Shown here: positions 30,028 to 39,554 of the stretch, in pieces
How the letters are laid out: the number at the start of each line of letters is the position of its first letter
How positions within the stretch are numbered: position 1 is the stretch's first letter
Source: an uncultured Solibacteraceae bacterium
Lineage (GTDB): Bacteria; Acidobacteriota; Vicinamibacteria; Vicinamibacterales; SCN-69-37
Direction of reading: 5' to 3'
Length of the DNA: 64,000 nucleotides
NCBI GenBank assembly: GCA_964489685.1
Contig: CAZAZR010000004.1
Coordinates: 2,428 to 66,427, forward strand
Notes under the pieces: model-generated
Seen by the model: the letters and a program-made list of their open reading frames with translations, nothing else
Database searches by the model: none
Told to the model about the DNA's origin: nothing
Program-made: the position numbers and the translations under genes

Positions 30028-30089
30028 GGGGAACTGGGGAACTGGGGCACCCCACTTCCCCTCTTCCCCAGCCTCAGTTCCCCAGTTCC
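30028..30089. repeat. G-tract octamer repeats forming a 15-bp inverted repeat
   Basis: GGGGAACT x2.5 (30028-30047). The perfect inverted repeat ggaactggggaactg (30030-30044) pairs with cagttccccagttcc (30075-30089). The minus strand reads GGGG-N10-GGGG-N4-GGGG-N4-GGGG. Confidence 0.85.
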
Positions 30090-30097
30090 TAACTTCC

Positions 30098-31078
30098 TCA
30101 TTTCCGTCTGAAGCGGTCCTTCGGCTCCAGCACACCGAGCGCTCCGTTTCCCTCGAGCCAGACTCTTGCTGCCGGATCCTGCCGAAGGAAGGCATCCCAG
30201 AGGGCCGTGCTGAGGGCCATGATCGCGCGGTGATGATTCGGGTTCCGCTCCACCTTGTCGCCCGGCAGATCGCGGTCGGTGAAGGCCGAGTGCTGACCGT
30301 CGAACAGCACGAGTTCGTACTTGTTGCCAGGCGGGAGCGCGGGAAACACCTGGAGCCGCGACTCGAAGGTGGCGCCACCAATCAATGACTCGTCGCGCGT
30401 GCCGGTCATGAGCAACCAGGGAATTGCGACCTTCCCGAATGCCGCCTGTGGGGTGCCGGCAGCAGGAACACTGGGGCTCATCACGATGGCGGCCTTGATT
30501 CGAGCATCGGTCAAACGGAGCGACGGAAGGTTGCTCGTCTGTCCGCTCACTGCCTGAGTGGTGACCCCACCAAACGAATGGCCCGACATCCCGACGCGCG
30601 CCATGTCCAACCGGCCGCGCAATGGGTGGCCGGCCTCATGAGTCCAGCGCGTCAGTACATCCAACACCGCCTTCACATCCTGGGCCCGCCACAGGTAGTT
30701 CTCGGCGTTCGCAGCGCGCTGCATCGCCGCCAGGCGCCGAAGCGGCTCCACGTCCTGCCAGACCGATTCGTCGCTTCCCTTGTGCTGGAGGAACACGGCG
30801 ACGTATCCCCGCGCGGCCCAATGACGGCCGAGGAACGCCGACCCTGTGCGCGCGCCTCCCAGCCCGTGACTGAACAGCACGACAGGGGCCTCACTCTGGC
30901 CGGACGGCAAATAGACAAGGACCGGAATGTCTCGCCTCCGCTCATCGTCGCGCACAACGAGATCGCGAGGCTCGGGCTGCGCCTCGCGAGTGAGCACCAA
31001 CGGGTCGTACGGCTGAACCGCGATAACGGCACCGACGACCGCCGCAGTGAACCAAGGGTGTCTCACGAGAGCGACCAT
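30098..31078 (-). CDS. Alpha/beta hydrolase (dienelactone hydrolase / PAF-acetylhydrolase-like)
   Basis: Start trimmed to MVALVRHPWF (31078). The upstream 30 codons of the track ORF are just a translated tandem repeat. Contains VLFSHGLGG and the nucleophile elbow GHSFGG. Confidence 0.6.
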   Translation of the reverse strand: MVALVRHPWFTAAVVGAVIAVQPYDPLVLTREAQPEPRDLVVRDDERRRDIPVLVYLPSGQSEAPVVLFSHGLGGARTGSAFLGRHWAARGYVAVFLQHKGSDESVWQDVEPLRRLAAMQRAANAENYLWRAQDVKAVLDVLTRWTHEAGHPLRGRLDMARVGMSGHSFGGVTTQAVSGQTSNLPSLRLTDARIKAAIVMSPSVPAAGTPQAAFGKVAIPWLLMTGTRDESLIGGATFESRLQVFPALPPGNKYELVLFDGQHSAFTDRDLPGDKVERNPNHHRAIMALSTALWDAFLRQDPAARVWLEGNGALGVLEPKDRFRRK

Positions 31079-31127
31079 CACACAACCTCCACAGAGCGAC
31101 CTTGGGGACCTGGGAACTGGTGAGCCA

Positions 31128-31167
31128 ACTTCCCCACTTCCCCACTTCCCCACTTCCCCACTTCCCA
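31128..31167. repeat. Tandem octamer (ACTTCCCC; GGGGAAGT on the minus strand) x ~4.9
   Basis: Four exact 8-bp copies plus one partial copy, lying between the SDR stop codon (31169) and the hydrolase start (31078). Confidence 0.95.
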
Positions 31168-31168
31168 A

Positions 31169-32719
31169 CTACCAGTTCGTCGGCTTGTAGTCCTTCAGGA
31201 ACTGCCCCCAGATGTGCACGCCGGTATTGATGCCCGAGATGATGGGATCGACGATGCGGGCGGCGCCGTCGACGATGTCGAGCGGCGGATGGAACCGGTG
31301 TTCTGCCGTCTTGCGGGCCGCCACCTCCGCCGGATCCTCATCGGTCACCCATCCGGTGTCCACGCTGTTCATGTGGATACCGTCGGTCTGATAATCGGCC
31401 GCAGCCGTGCGCGTCATCATGTTGAGCGCCGCCTTGGCCATGTTCGTGTGCGGATGGCGTGTGGTTTTGAAGCTGCGGTAGAACTGCCCCTCAACTGCCG
31501 ACACGTTCACGATGTGTTTGTCGCGGTTCGCCGTGCGCAGCATCAGCGGCTTCAGCCGCGCATTGAGCACAAAGGGTGCGACCGCGTTCACCAGATGCAC
31601 TTCGAGCAACTCGACGGCCGGCACTTCGTCCATCAGCAGCCGCCACGAGTTGCGATCTCTCAGGTCGATCTGCTGCAGGTCCTGGTCCAGTCGGCCTTGC
31701 GGAAACAGGCTCTTCTGCGCCTGCAACTCCTCGGGCAGCAACGCCACTTGCGACAGCGCGGCGGCATGCGTCAGGCCGGCCACCTCCGACAGACTTGTCG
31801 CCAACGCGCCCTGGGGCGCCTCGGGCAGCAGGTGATAGCCGCGCAGCCCTTCATAGGCGCCCACGAGTTTGCGCACAGGCTCGGGCATCGTATGCAACGC
31901 CGCCGTTTCGCCGTCCATCATGTGCGCGTAAAACTCGGGAGGCCGGCGCACGGTCTGACACGCGTTGTTGACGATGAAGTCGAGACGGGTGCGGGTGGCG
32001 AGCATCTCGCGACAAAACGCCTCCACCGACGGCGTGTGCCTGAGATCCAGACCGAAGACCTCGAGTCGGTGGCCCCACTGATCGAAGTCAGGCTCGCTCG
32101 CGTAGCGCATGGCGGAATCGCGCGGGAACCTGGTGGTGACAATCAGGTGCGCGCCGGCACGCAGCAGTTTGAGGCCTGCCTGGTAGCCAATTTTGACGCG
32201 ACCGCCCGTGAGCAGCGCGACGCGGCCAGTCAGGTCAGCCAACTCGGTGCGCTTCCGGAAGTTGAACTCGGCACACGACGGGCAAAGCTGGTCGTAGAAG
32301 TGATGCACCTGGGTGAAGCGGGTCTTGCAGGCGTAACAGTGGCGCTCATCCGCCAGGTGCGTTCTGGCTGCAGTGCCTGAAGCGTCGAGGGGCTCACCTT
32401 GTTCAGTGGCCGGTGGTGGAAAGACGTTCGGTGTCGTGAACACCGGCTTGCGCCGCAATTCGCGGATGCCCGTCACCTCGCGCACGTGTTCGTCGCGCTG
32501 CGTCCTTTCGACTTTCCGCAGGCGTACCACCGCTTTCACCATACGGCGCCGTGCGGCCTGATCGGGAATATAGACTGCGCCAACCGCGATCAGCAGGCGC
32601 TTTCGTTCATCCGGCGTCAAGGCCGCCAGCAATCGGCGGTCCGCCGCGATCGACTCCAGGGTTTCGACGGTGGATCGCAGTCGCGCGATCAGGTCCGCGT
32701 CAATGGCGTCTTCAATCAT
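31169..32719 (-). CDS. SDR family oxidoreductase with an N-terminal extension containing a CxxC...CxxC motif
   Basis: Rossmann motif [17 protein letters not shown] motif (VNNACQ), and a Zn-ribbon-like HCYACKT...CPSCAEF upstream. Confidence 0.7.
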   Translation of the reverse strand: MIEDAIDADLIARLRSTVETLESIAADRRLLAALTPDERKRLLIAVGAVYIPDQAARRRMVKAVVRLRKVERTQRDEHVREVTGIRELRRKPVFTTPNVFPPPATEQGEPLDASGTAARTHLADERHCYACKTRFTQVHHFYDQLCPSCAEFNFRKRTELADLTGRVALLTGGRVKIGYQAGLKLLRAGAHLIVTTRFPRDSAMRYASEPDFDQWGHRLEVFGLDLRHTPSVEAFCREMLATRTRLDFIVNNACQTVRRPPEFYAHMMDGETAALHTMPEPVRKLVGAYEGLRGYHLLPEAPQGALATSLSEVAGLTHAAALSQVALLPEELQAQKSLFPQGRLDQDLQQIDLRDRNSWRLLMDEVPAVELLEVHLVNAVAPFVLNARLKPLMLRTANRDKHIVNVSAVEGQFYRSFKTTRHPHTNMAKAALNMMTRTAAADYQTDGIHMNSVDTGWVTDEDPAEVAARKTAEHRFHPPLDIVDGAARIVDPIISGINTGVHIWGQFLKDYKPTNW

Positions 32720-32722
32720 GGG

Positions 32723-34903
32723 CTACCGTCGGATGAGATACGCCAGCTTCACAAAGAACCCATCAGAGGTCCGACGCAGGGCCTCGGTAGCAAACCGGTT
32801 GGGGTCACGTTCCTGACTCGCGCCGTACCCGAGGAACACGACTGTGCCCGGTGTCGGTTCAAATGACAGCAGCCAGTCGGATCGCAGCCCCTTGAACGTC
32901 TGGGCAGCCCGCACCTCCGACCGATACTCCGCGATGACGCGGAAGAACAGCGACCGCCGCGGCTGGTACTCGGCCTTGACTCTGGGAATGGTGGACCGGG
33001 CAAACTCGGTATCGTCACGCTCGCGATGAATGCGCGACGACACCAGGCTCGCCTCGATTCGCGCCGATCGCGTCGGCCGCATCCCCACCGTGGTCGTGAC
33101 GCGCGTTTCGCGACCGTCGGCGCCTTCCACGAAGATCGCGGTGCCGCCGGTCCGCACATCGACCTTGGCGTTGAACTTCTCGAACACGGGTGTGGTGACC
33201 GAGAATGTGCCGCTCAGGTTGCTCACGTACGGGTCCTGCCCGCCCTGCTCAAAGTGCACAAAGTCGCGCGCCGGCCTGGCGCTGAGCGACCAGCCGCCGC
33301 GCAGCGTCGCCGAAAGGCTCAAAGACTCGCCACCTTCAATAGCGTGTGCCTTGCCGAAATCAGAATAGCGCCAGATGCGGGTGGGACCGGCGAACGCCGT
33401 GATGCCCTCCACGAGCGAACCCCGGCTGCCGTAGTAGCTCACCCTGTTGAAGGCCTGGAACTCCACGATGTTGTTGCGCGGCACAAAGCCCGATGCCGCC
33501 TCGAAGCCTTCGCCAATGCCGCCGAGCTTGTAGTGGAATCCCCACAAGCGGGCCGTACGGTCAGCTTCCACTGTCCACATCGGCGCCGACACCGCACCAC
33601 TGCCGTTGTCGGTCCACGACCCGCCGACTTGTCCGAGCACATAGTAGAGCCGCTTGAAGACAATGCGCGCATCGGTGGCAAGGACACGGTTGGACCCGCC
33701 ATCGGATGTTCGATCGGTATAGGTCACGCCCGCCAGCGAGTCTTTGCCGACATCCCGACGGATGCGGGCCAGGTTCACCCACGTCCAGTCGGGCCCAGCC
33801 TCGTCCATCGCCGAGAGGAACGCCAGTCCCGTTCTGCCGACTTTGCCGGTGAGTTTGGCGCCCGCGATTGGATCAGCGATGCGCCGGGTGTACACCAGTT
33901 GCCCCGGCGTGGCGAACAGTTCAATTCCCTCAAGAAAGAAGGGACGCTTCTCGGCAAAGAACAAGGCGAACCGTTCGTTGACCGTCACCTGGGCGGCGTC
34001 CGACTCCACCTGACTGAAGTCGGGATTCACGGTGGCATCCAGCGAGAGGTTCGTGAAGCCAAGGCGCAGATTGACGCCAGGCTCCACATCGACCCCGCCG
34101 CGCGAAAACCGGCCATCCGCCGCGCGTGTACCGTTGGTGGCGCCCGTGACAAAGGGCTGCACTTCGGTCACGACCCCACGCTCCATGTCATGAAGCCCGG
34201 TCATCGTGCCGGTCTGGCCCAGGAAACTCGCCACCCGCTTCGCGTCCGTCCACGTGTCTTCTCGGCCGGTGCGCTGGGTCTTGCGCAGCACATTGATGCC
34301 CCACTTCACTTCGGCAGCCGACGGATACCTGAGGCTCTTGAAGGGAATCCGGACCTCGACAACGTAGCCGTCGGGGGTCAACTGGCCGCGTGAGTCGAAC
34401 TGATAGTCGGGGCTGAGGTCCACAACGCCGCCGAAAGTGCGCCCCGCACTGAACGCGCCCTCGGTCTGCACGCCATCTTCCTGCGCGCCCAGCGGGTTCA
34501 CGCCGAAGACAAAGGCTCGACGCCGATCGTTAAAGGTGTCGAGATAGATGCGGACAGAGTCCTCCCGATCGAGGTTGTCTCGATCGGCCTGCGTCGCTCG
34601 CACCGACGAGGGGTCGGAATCGTGCGCGATGATGCCGAAGTGCAACGCGTCGGGCGAATACCAGACCAGCACGTCGGTGCGTTCACTGGCCCGCTGGCTG
34701 TCTACCGGGCGATATTCGGAGAAACCCGTGAGCCGGGTCGCCTTTGCCCAGGCCGACTCATCCAGCCGGCCATCGATGACGACGGTGTCTTCAATGCGTG
34801 GAATAGAGAACGACGGGGAGCCGGCGCCATCTACCGCGATCGGAGCTTGCGGCGGCGCGGCCGCCTGGGCCAGGGCAAATACAAGAAGGAATGGCAGAGT
34901 CAT
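32723..34903 (-). CDS. DUF5916/CBM9-like domain-containing exported protein
   Basis: Start trimmed to MTLPFLLVFALAQA (34903). N-terminal 'IDGRLDESAWAKATRLTGF..YRP' is carbohydrate-binding family 9-like, followed by a long beta-rich region. Confidence 0.55.
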   Translation of the reverse strand: MTLPFLLVFALAQAAAPPQAPIAVDGAGSPSFSIPRIEDTVVIDGRLDESAWAKATRLTGFSEYRPVDSQRASERTDVLVWYSPDALHFGIIAHDSDPSSVRATQADRDNLDREDSVRIYLDTFNDRRRAFVFGVNPLGAQEDGVQTEGAFSAGRTFGGVVDLSPDYQFDSRGQLTPDGYVVEVRIPFKSLRYPSAAEVKWGINVLRKTQRTGREDTWTDAKRVASFLGQTGTMTGLHDMERGVVTEVQPFVTGATNGTRAADGRFSRGGVDVEPGVNLRLGFTNLSLDATVNPDFSQVESDAAQVTVNERFALFFAEKRPFFLEGIELFATPGQLVYTRRIADPIAGAKLTGKVGRTGLAFLSAMDEAGPDWTWVNLARIRRDVGKDSLAGVTYTDRTSDGGSNRVLATDARIVFKRLYYVLGQVGGSWTDNGSGAVSAPMWTVEADRTARLWGFHYKLGGIGEGFEAASGFVPRNNIVEFQAFNRVSYYGSRGSLVEGITAFAGPTRIWRYSDFGKAHAIEGGESLSLSATLRGGWSLSARPARDFVHFEQGGQDPYVSNLSGTFSVTTPVFEKFNAKVDVRTGGTAIFVEGADGRETRVTTTVGMRPTRSARIEASLVSSRIHRERDDTEFARSTIPRVKAEYQPRRSLFFRVIAEYRSEVRAAQTFKGLRSDWLLSFEPTPGTVVFLGYGASQERDPNRFATEALRRTSDGFFVKLAYLIRR

Positions 34904-34940
34904 CACCAGCCATACAGCATACCGCTGACTGGTGAGTGGT

Positions 34941-36380
34941 TCACTGTGTCGCTGTGCGTTCGGTCCGCATGAACACGAGGTACAAGACGAAGCTGAGCGC
35001 GAACGTGACAAACCACGCGTAGGTATACAGGTCGTCCAGAAGGCCCGGGCTGGGCACCTGTCCTCCTGGCGTCATGGCCGCGCGGATAAACCCGGGGGCC
35101 ACCGGCACGATCGCCAGCACCAGCGCCGCCACGGCCTTCCAATTCGTGCCATTCGTGTAGTGGTACCTGCCGGCAACCTTGAAGAGATCGGGCACCGACA
35201 GCTGTTGCCTCCGCAGCACCCAGTAATCGGCAATCAGGATGCCGCCGATCGCGCCCATCAGGCTTGAGTACCCGATGAGCCAGGTGAAGATGTACGCCGA
35301 GGCGTCCGCGTACAGCTTCCACGGCATCATGGCGATGCCGATGAATGCTGTGAGCAGTCCGCCCATGACATAGGTGATACGCCTGGGCGCCAGGCTCGAA
35401 AAGTCATTCGCCGGCGACACGACATTGGCCGCCATGTTTGTGGTCAACTGCGCCACCAGCACGATAAGCGCGCCAAGAATGATCACTCCCGGGTTGCCGA
35501 TGCGCGTGAGCAGGACGACGGGATCCCAGATGGCCTCGCCGAACACCACGACCGTTGCGCTGGTGACAGCGACGCCGATGAACGCAAACGCGGTCATCGT
35601 GGTGGGCAATCCCAACGCCTGTCCGAGCACCTGGGAGCGCTGACTTTTTGCATACCGCGTGAAGTCGGGGATGTTGAGGCTCAGCGTCGCCCAGTAGCCG
35701 ACGTTTGCGGTCAGCGCTGCAGGAAAGAGGGCCCAGAACGATTGCTGTCCCTGCTGCAACCGGACAGACCCGTCCAAGGCCGCGCGCAGGCCGCCGGTCT
35801 GCCCGACGGCCCACCACAGGAGCAACACGCCACCTCCGAGCAGCAAGGGCGCAGACCAACTCTGCAGCCGGCGGATGCCTTCAAGCCCGCGCAGGATGAG
35901 CCACACCTGCACGAGCCAGAACGCGCCAAACGCGATCCATTCGCTGCCGGCGAGATTCCGCCAGGCCGGCCAGGCCGCCGTGAGCAGCGCGTCCAGCGCT
36001 AGACCGCCAATCCATGTCTGAATGCCGAACCACCCACACGCCACCAGCGCACGGAGCATCGCCGGCAGATTCGCCCCGGTCGTCCCGAAACTCGCGCGGC
36101 ACAAGACCGGGAACGACACGCCGTACTTGGTTCCCGCATGCGCGTTGAGCACCATCGGGACCAGCACGATGGCATTGCCCAACAGGATCGTGAACAGCGC
36201 CTGCGCCCACGTCATGCCTTGCTGCATCAGGCCGGACGCCAGCGTGTAGGTGGTAATCACCACGCTCATGCCGATCCACAGCGCGGCGATGTTGTAGGTG
36301 GTCCAGGTACGCGCCGACAGCGGCGTCGGCGCCAGATCGGGGTTCCAGAGCGGGCTGCCGGACAGATCGTCAGTAGCCAT
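34941..36380 (-). CDS. NCS1 family nucleobase/hydantoin:cation symporter
   Basis: 479 aa with 12 predicted helices. The N-terminal 'NPDLAPTPLSARTWTTYNIAALWIGMSV' signature marks cytosine/uracil/allantoin/hydantoin permeases. Confidence 0.85.
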   Translation of the reverse strand: MATDDLSGSPLWNPDLAPTPLSARTWTTYNIAALWIGMSVVITTYTLASGLMQQGMTWAQALFTILLGNAIVLVPMVLNAHAGTKYGVSFPVLCRASFGTTGANLPAMLRALVACGWFGIQTWIGGLALDALLTAAWPAWRNLAGSEWIAFGAFWLVQVWLILRGLEGIRRLQSWSAPLLLGGGVLLLWWAVGQTGGLRAALDGSVRLQQGQQSFWALFPAALTANVGYWATLSLNIPDFTRYAKSQRSQVLGQALGLPTTMTAFAFIGVAVTSATVVVFGEAIWDPVVLLTRIGNPGVIILGALIVLVAQLTTNMAANVVSPANDFSSLAPRRITYVMGGLLTAFIGIAMMPWKLYADASAYIFTWLIGYSSLMGAIGGILIADYWVLRRQQLSVPDLFKVAGRYHYTNGTNWKAVAALVLAIVPVAPGFIRAAMTPGGQVPSPGLLDDLYTYAWFVTFALSFVLYLVFMRTERTATQ

Positions 36381-37498
36381 CAGCGTTTCTCTTCCGGCGA
36401 GACGGCGTAGCCTTCGGCGTCATGGCCGCCGTGATAGGCCTTCGCGTCCGGCCGTCGAATCTTCGAATGCGTCACGACACGATCGCGGCGAATCCCACGG
36501 AAGTCCTCAAGGGTTGAGTAGCCGTGTTTCTCCATGAACGCGAGCATGTCCCGGTTGAGCGCCGCAATCACGTTCGGCCCAATCGCGTGATCCAGCATCG
36601 CCGCCGTACACACCTGCACGGTACCGCCACCGAGAAGGAAGTAGTTCAGCGCCTGGGCGAACTCGGCGACGCCGCCAATGCCGGAGAACGACCTGTCGGG
36701 GAACGCCTGCGTCAGTTGCGACATCTTGGCCAGTGACTGCGGCAGAATGGCCGGTCCGCCAAGGCCGCCGCTCGACGTGTAGCCGTCCACGTTCATCTCG
36801 AACTCGAGCGTGTCAGGGTCGATGAGGGTGATTGACGGAAACGTGTTCGACGACACCACCGCGTCGGCGCCGCCCAGAAACGCGCCCCGCGCTTCGATGA
36901 CGATGTCGGTGGTGGATGGCGTGAGTTTCGCCCAGACGGGCACCGTGGCCACTTCCTTGACGACCTTGGTGACGATCGAGATCTGGGCCTGGTCCTTGCC
37001 GATGTTCGATCCCATGTCCATTCGATCCATGTGCGGGCACGAGAGATTCAGTTCGAGCGCATCGGCGCCCTCGTCCTGGCACGTTTTGGCCAGTGTCTGC
37101 CAGTGCCGCAGTTCCTCGTCTGAGCCGGAGCCGGCCATGATCGACGCCACCAGGATGCGCGTCGGGTGCGCCAGCTTGATGCGTGCGATGCGCGGCGCCC
37201 ACCAGTCGAGCGGCTTGTCGGAAATGAGCTCCCAGTTCCACGAGGAGTGCAGCGCCATGCCGGGCTTGCGCTTCATTGACAGATGTGGCGACTCGGGCAT
37301 GGCCCGAAGAAACTTCGTCTTCGGTCCATCGACGTTGACCACTGGATGCAGCCCGATCGTCTTGGTCACAACCCCACCCCAGCCGGCGTCGAATGCGCGC
37401 AGGATATTGCTTTCGGATTCCGTGGGGGGTGCAGACGACAGCAGGAATGGGTTCTCGAAACGCAGGCCGGTGAACGTGACACCGAGCGAAGCAGCCAT
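36380..37498 (-). CDS. Dihydropyrimidine dehydrogenase PreA-like / class-1 dihydroorotate-dehydrogenase-like FMN barrel (no Fe-S domain)
   Basis: Start trimmed to MAASLGV (37498). Contains 'GLRFENPFLLSSAPP', the active-site 'LNLSCPH' and 'GIGGV'. No CxxCxxCxxxC clusters. Its stop overlaps the permease start by 1 nt. Confidence 0.7.
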   Translation of the reverse strand: MAASLGVTFTGLRFENPFLLSSAPPTESESNILRAFDAGWGGVVTKTIGLHPVVNVDGPKTKFLRAMPESPHLSMKRKPGMALHSSWNWELISDKPLDWWAPRIARIKLAHPTRILVASIMAGSGSDEELRHWQTLAKTCQDEGADALELNLSCPHMDRMDMGSNIGKDQAQISIVTKVVKEVATVPVWAKLTPSTTDIVIEARGAFLGGADAVVSSNTFPSITLIDPDTLEFEMNVDGYTSSGGLGGPAILPQSLAKMSQLTQAFPDRSFSGIGGVAEFAQALNYFLLGGGTVQVCTAAMLDHAIGPNVIAALNRDMLAFMEKHGYSTLEDFRGIRRDRVVTHSKIRRPDAKAYHGGHDAEGYAVSPEEKR

Positions 37499-37753
37499 GG
37501 GTCTCTCCCCTTCCGTCAGAACAAGGCCACTATAGCGCACGGGCGCGCCCAACGGAGCGCTGCTATGGGAAGACGGGGCCTCACACGAGACGTGAAGGTA
37601 TGCAGGTGCCTTTCCTGGCGCAGGAACGGATTAGAATGGGCGCCTCTTCATGCAACCCAAGCGGCTCGCGCCACCGACCGTCGCCGACATCGCGGCCTTC
37701 CCTGCTGATGCCGCGCCAGTCAGGGAACACCTGGAACGGGCGAAAGGCACGTT

Positions 37754-38458
37754 GTGACACCAAACGTCGGCCGATCGTACGGGCGCGCTCATTGGTATTT
37801 CCTCGCCGCTCTCGCGGCCATCGTCGCGGGCTTCTGGCCGTCGTTCTTTCAGCCGCTCACTGGCGGCAGTCCGGCGCACACGGTGCATGGTGTCTCGGCC
37901 ACGCTCTGGGTCGTGGTACTCATCACGCAGTCGTGGCTGATGTCGCGGGGCCTCGTGTGGTGGCACCGACGCGTGGCCTTCTTTGGAATCGCACTGCTCC
38001 CGGTCCTCGTGTTCAGCGCGCTCTTGATGGTGAAAGCGATGCTGGTGAACCCGCAGATGCCGCCATTCCTTCCGCCGCTCCTGGCGTTCATCGACCTTCC
38101 GTCGCTCGCCTTCCTGCTGGTACTGGTCGGGCTCGGCCTGAGGAATATCCGTACGCCTTCGGCCCACAAGCGGTTCATGGCGGCGACAATCCTCTTGTCT
38201 TTTCCACCCGCGTTGACGCGCCTCTACGCGCGGGTCTTCGAGCCCCACGTAGACTTCATGATGGCGCTGCACGGCAGCTTCGTGACTGTTGAAGTCATCC
38301 TTGTGGGCCTGATCGCCTCCGACTGGCGATCGCGAGAGCGCGGTGCGGCCTATCCCCTCTCGCTTGGGTTCTTCGTCTCGGTCCACGCGCTCATGACGCC
38401 GGTGACCGCGTCGGGTTGGTGGCAGGGCTTCCTCGCCTGGTACGGCGCACTGCTTTAG
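37754..38458 (+). CDS. Hypothetical polytopic membrane protein
   Basis: 234 aa with about 6 hydrophobic helices. It is the only frame here giving a membrane-like, non-Arg/Pro-biased product. No recognised family. Confidence 0.5.
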   Translation: MTPNVGRSYGRAHWYFLAALAAIVAGFWPSFFQPLTGGSPAHTVHGVSATLWVVVLITQSWLMSRGLVWWHRRVAFFGIALLPVLVFSALLMVKAMLVNPQMPPFLPPLLAFIDLPSLAFLLVLVGLGLRNIRTPSAHKRFMAATILLSFPPALTRLYARVFEPHVDFMMALHGSFVTVEVILVGLIASDWRSRERGAAYPLSLGFFVSVHALMTPVTASGWWQGFLAWYGALL

Positions 38459-38560
38459 CGGGCTGCTGCAGAAGCATTCACACGCGGCATGAAGGCATTG
38501 TAGGTGCCGAGCCTCGGATCCTTCATGCCTCGTGTGGGGATCTTTGAGCAGGCTCTGAGA

Positions 38561-39517
38561 TCAGAACGTCAGGCCCAGGTGGGTCTGCGCGAACGCCGCA
38601 AGGGCTCGGACCAGATTGCCGGCAAACGACGCGCGACTGTTCGCCGAGTCGCGAATGCCAGTGAAGTTGCACTCGATCTGCAGGCCCGGCAGGATCGTTG
38701 TGTGCCGGCTGGTGCTGTACCCACCGTTGAAGTAGTCATCGGCGCCCGGGGTTGGAATGGACGGGCTCGGCACGGAGGGCACTGCGGGCTCAAGCAACCC
38801 CCCAAGACTCGTGGGTCCTCGGAGCAGGGCCGAAAACGGGAGCGGTGACGACTGCGCAATGAGCCGCAGGCTGCTGGCGGCGGCGACAGATGATGCGTTG
38901 AGTTGCTGGTCGGTGCCGTCAAGTGTGGACGCCGACAGCAGGTAACCCAGTTCGAGCCGCTGCTTGGCGTGTCCGTGCCCGTGCAAGTCGATGTAGAAGC
39001 CCGTCCCGGATCGCTGGCGGGACGCCTCCATGGCCTGAGCAACAAAGGCGTGGTACTCGGTCCAGGCCTGAATCGCCTCGGCATTCCCTGCCGCGCCTTC
39101 AACCACTTCCCTGTTCGCGTCGAGCTTTGTTCGACGAAGATGCACGACGACCAGGTGCGGCGTGCGGCCAGCACGGGTTGCCAGCGCGGTCGAAATCGCG
39201 CGAGCCAGTTCGATGGTGTTCGAGTCGGTGACGGTTGTCCCTACTGTGCGGTTGGGGATCGATGCCGGCGTCAGCGCGCCGCCGTGCGGCACGCTGATCA
39301 CGATCGGCAGATCACCCGGGATGTACTCGATGTAGTTGTTGATCCCGAAACATGAGACGCCCGGCGTACTGCAGGCGACGGGCGCCGGCGGCTGCGGGGT
39401 CGCCGGCAGGGGCGCGCCAGGCGGCGGAGTCGCGGAAGGCGCGGCGGGGCCGGCGCACGACAAGACTGCCGCCGTGACGACACCGTGGGCAATGGCGAGA
39501 AGTGTCCGCTTCTTCAC
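38561..39517 (-). CDS. N-formylglutamate-amidohydrolase-family (FGase-like) lipoprotein
   Basis: GTG start. Lipobox (VLSCAG) and a Pro-rich linker, then 'ISVPHGG', 'KLDANRE' and 'IDLHGHGH', which resemble the FGase/zinc-hydrolase motifs. The family call is tentative. Confidence 0.45.
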   Translation of the reverse strand: MKKRTLLAIAHGVVTAAVLSCAGPAAPSATPPPGAPLPATPQPPAPVACSTPGVSCFGINNYIEYIPGDLPIVISVPHGGALTPASIPNRTVGTTVTDSNTIELARAISTALATRAGRTPHLVVVHLRRTKLDANREVVEGAAGNAEAIQAWTEYHAFVAQAMEASRQRSGTGFYIDLHGHGHAKQRLELGYLLSASTLDGTDQQLNASSVAAASSLRLIAQSSPLPFSALLRGPTSLGGLLEPAVPSVPSPSIPTPGADDYFNGGYSTSRHTTILPGLQIECNFTGIRDSANSRASFAGNLVRALAAFAQTHLGLTF

Positions 39518-39554
39518 TGTTGGCGAAGGCTAGTATACGGCGTAGACTCGGCCC

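Noticed and set aside
31128-31167. The possibility that the short tandem repeats (also at 26081 and 30028) are a CRISPR array.
   Set aside because: The units are 7-8 bp with no spacers, and no cas genes are present.
37600-38386. Alternative ORFs 37600-38292 (+) and 37631-38386 (-), which overlap the membrane-protein gene.
   Set aside because: Their products are Arg/Pro/His-rich with no structure-like pattern. The 37754-38458 frame gives a coherent multi-helix membrane protein.
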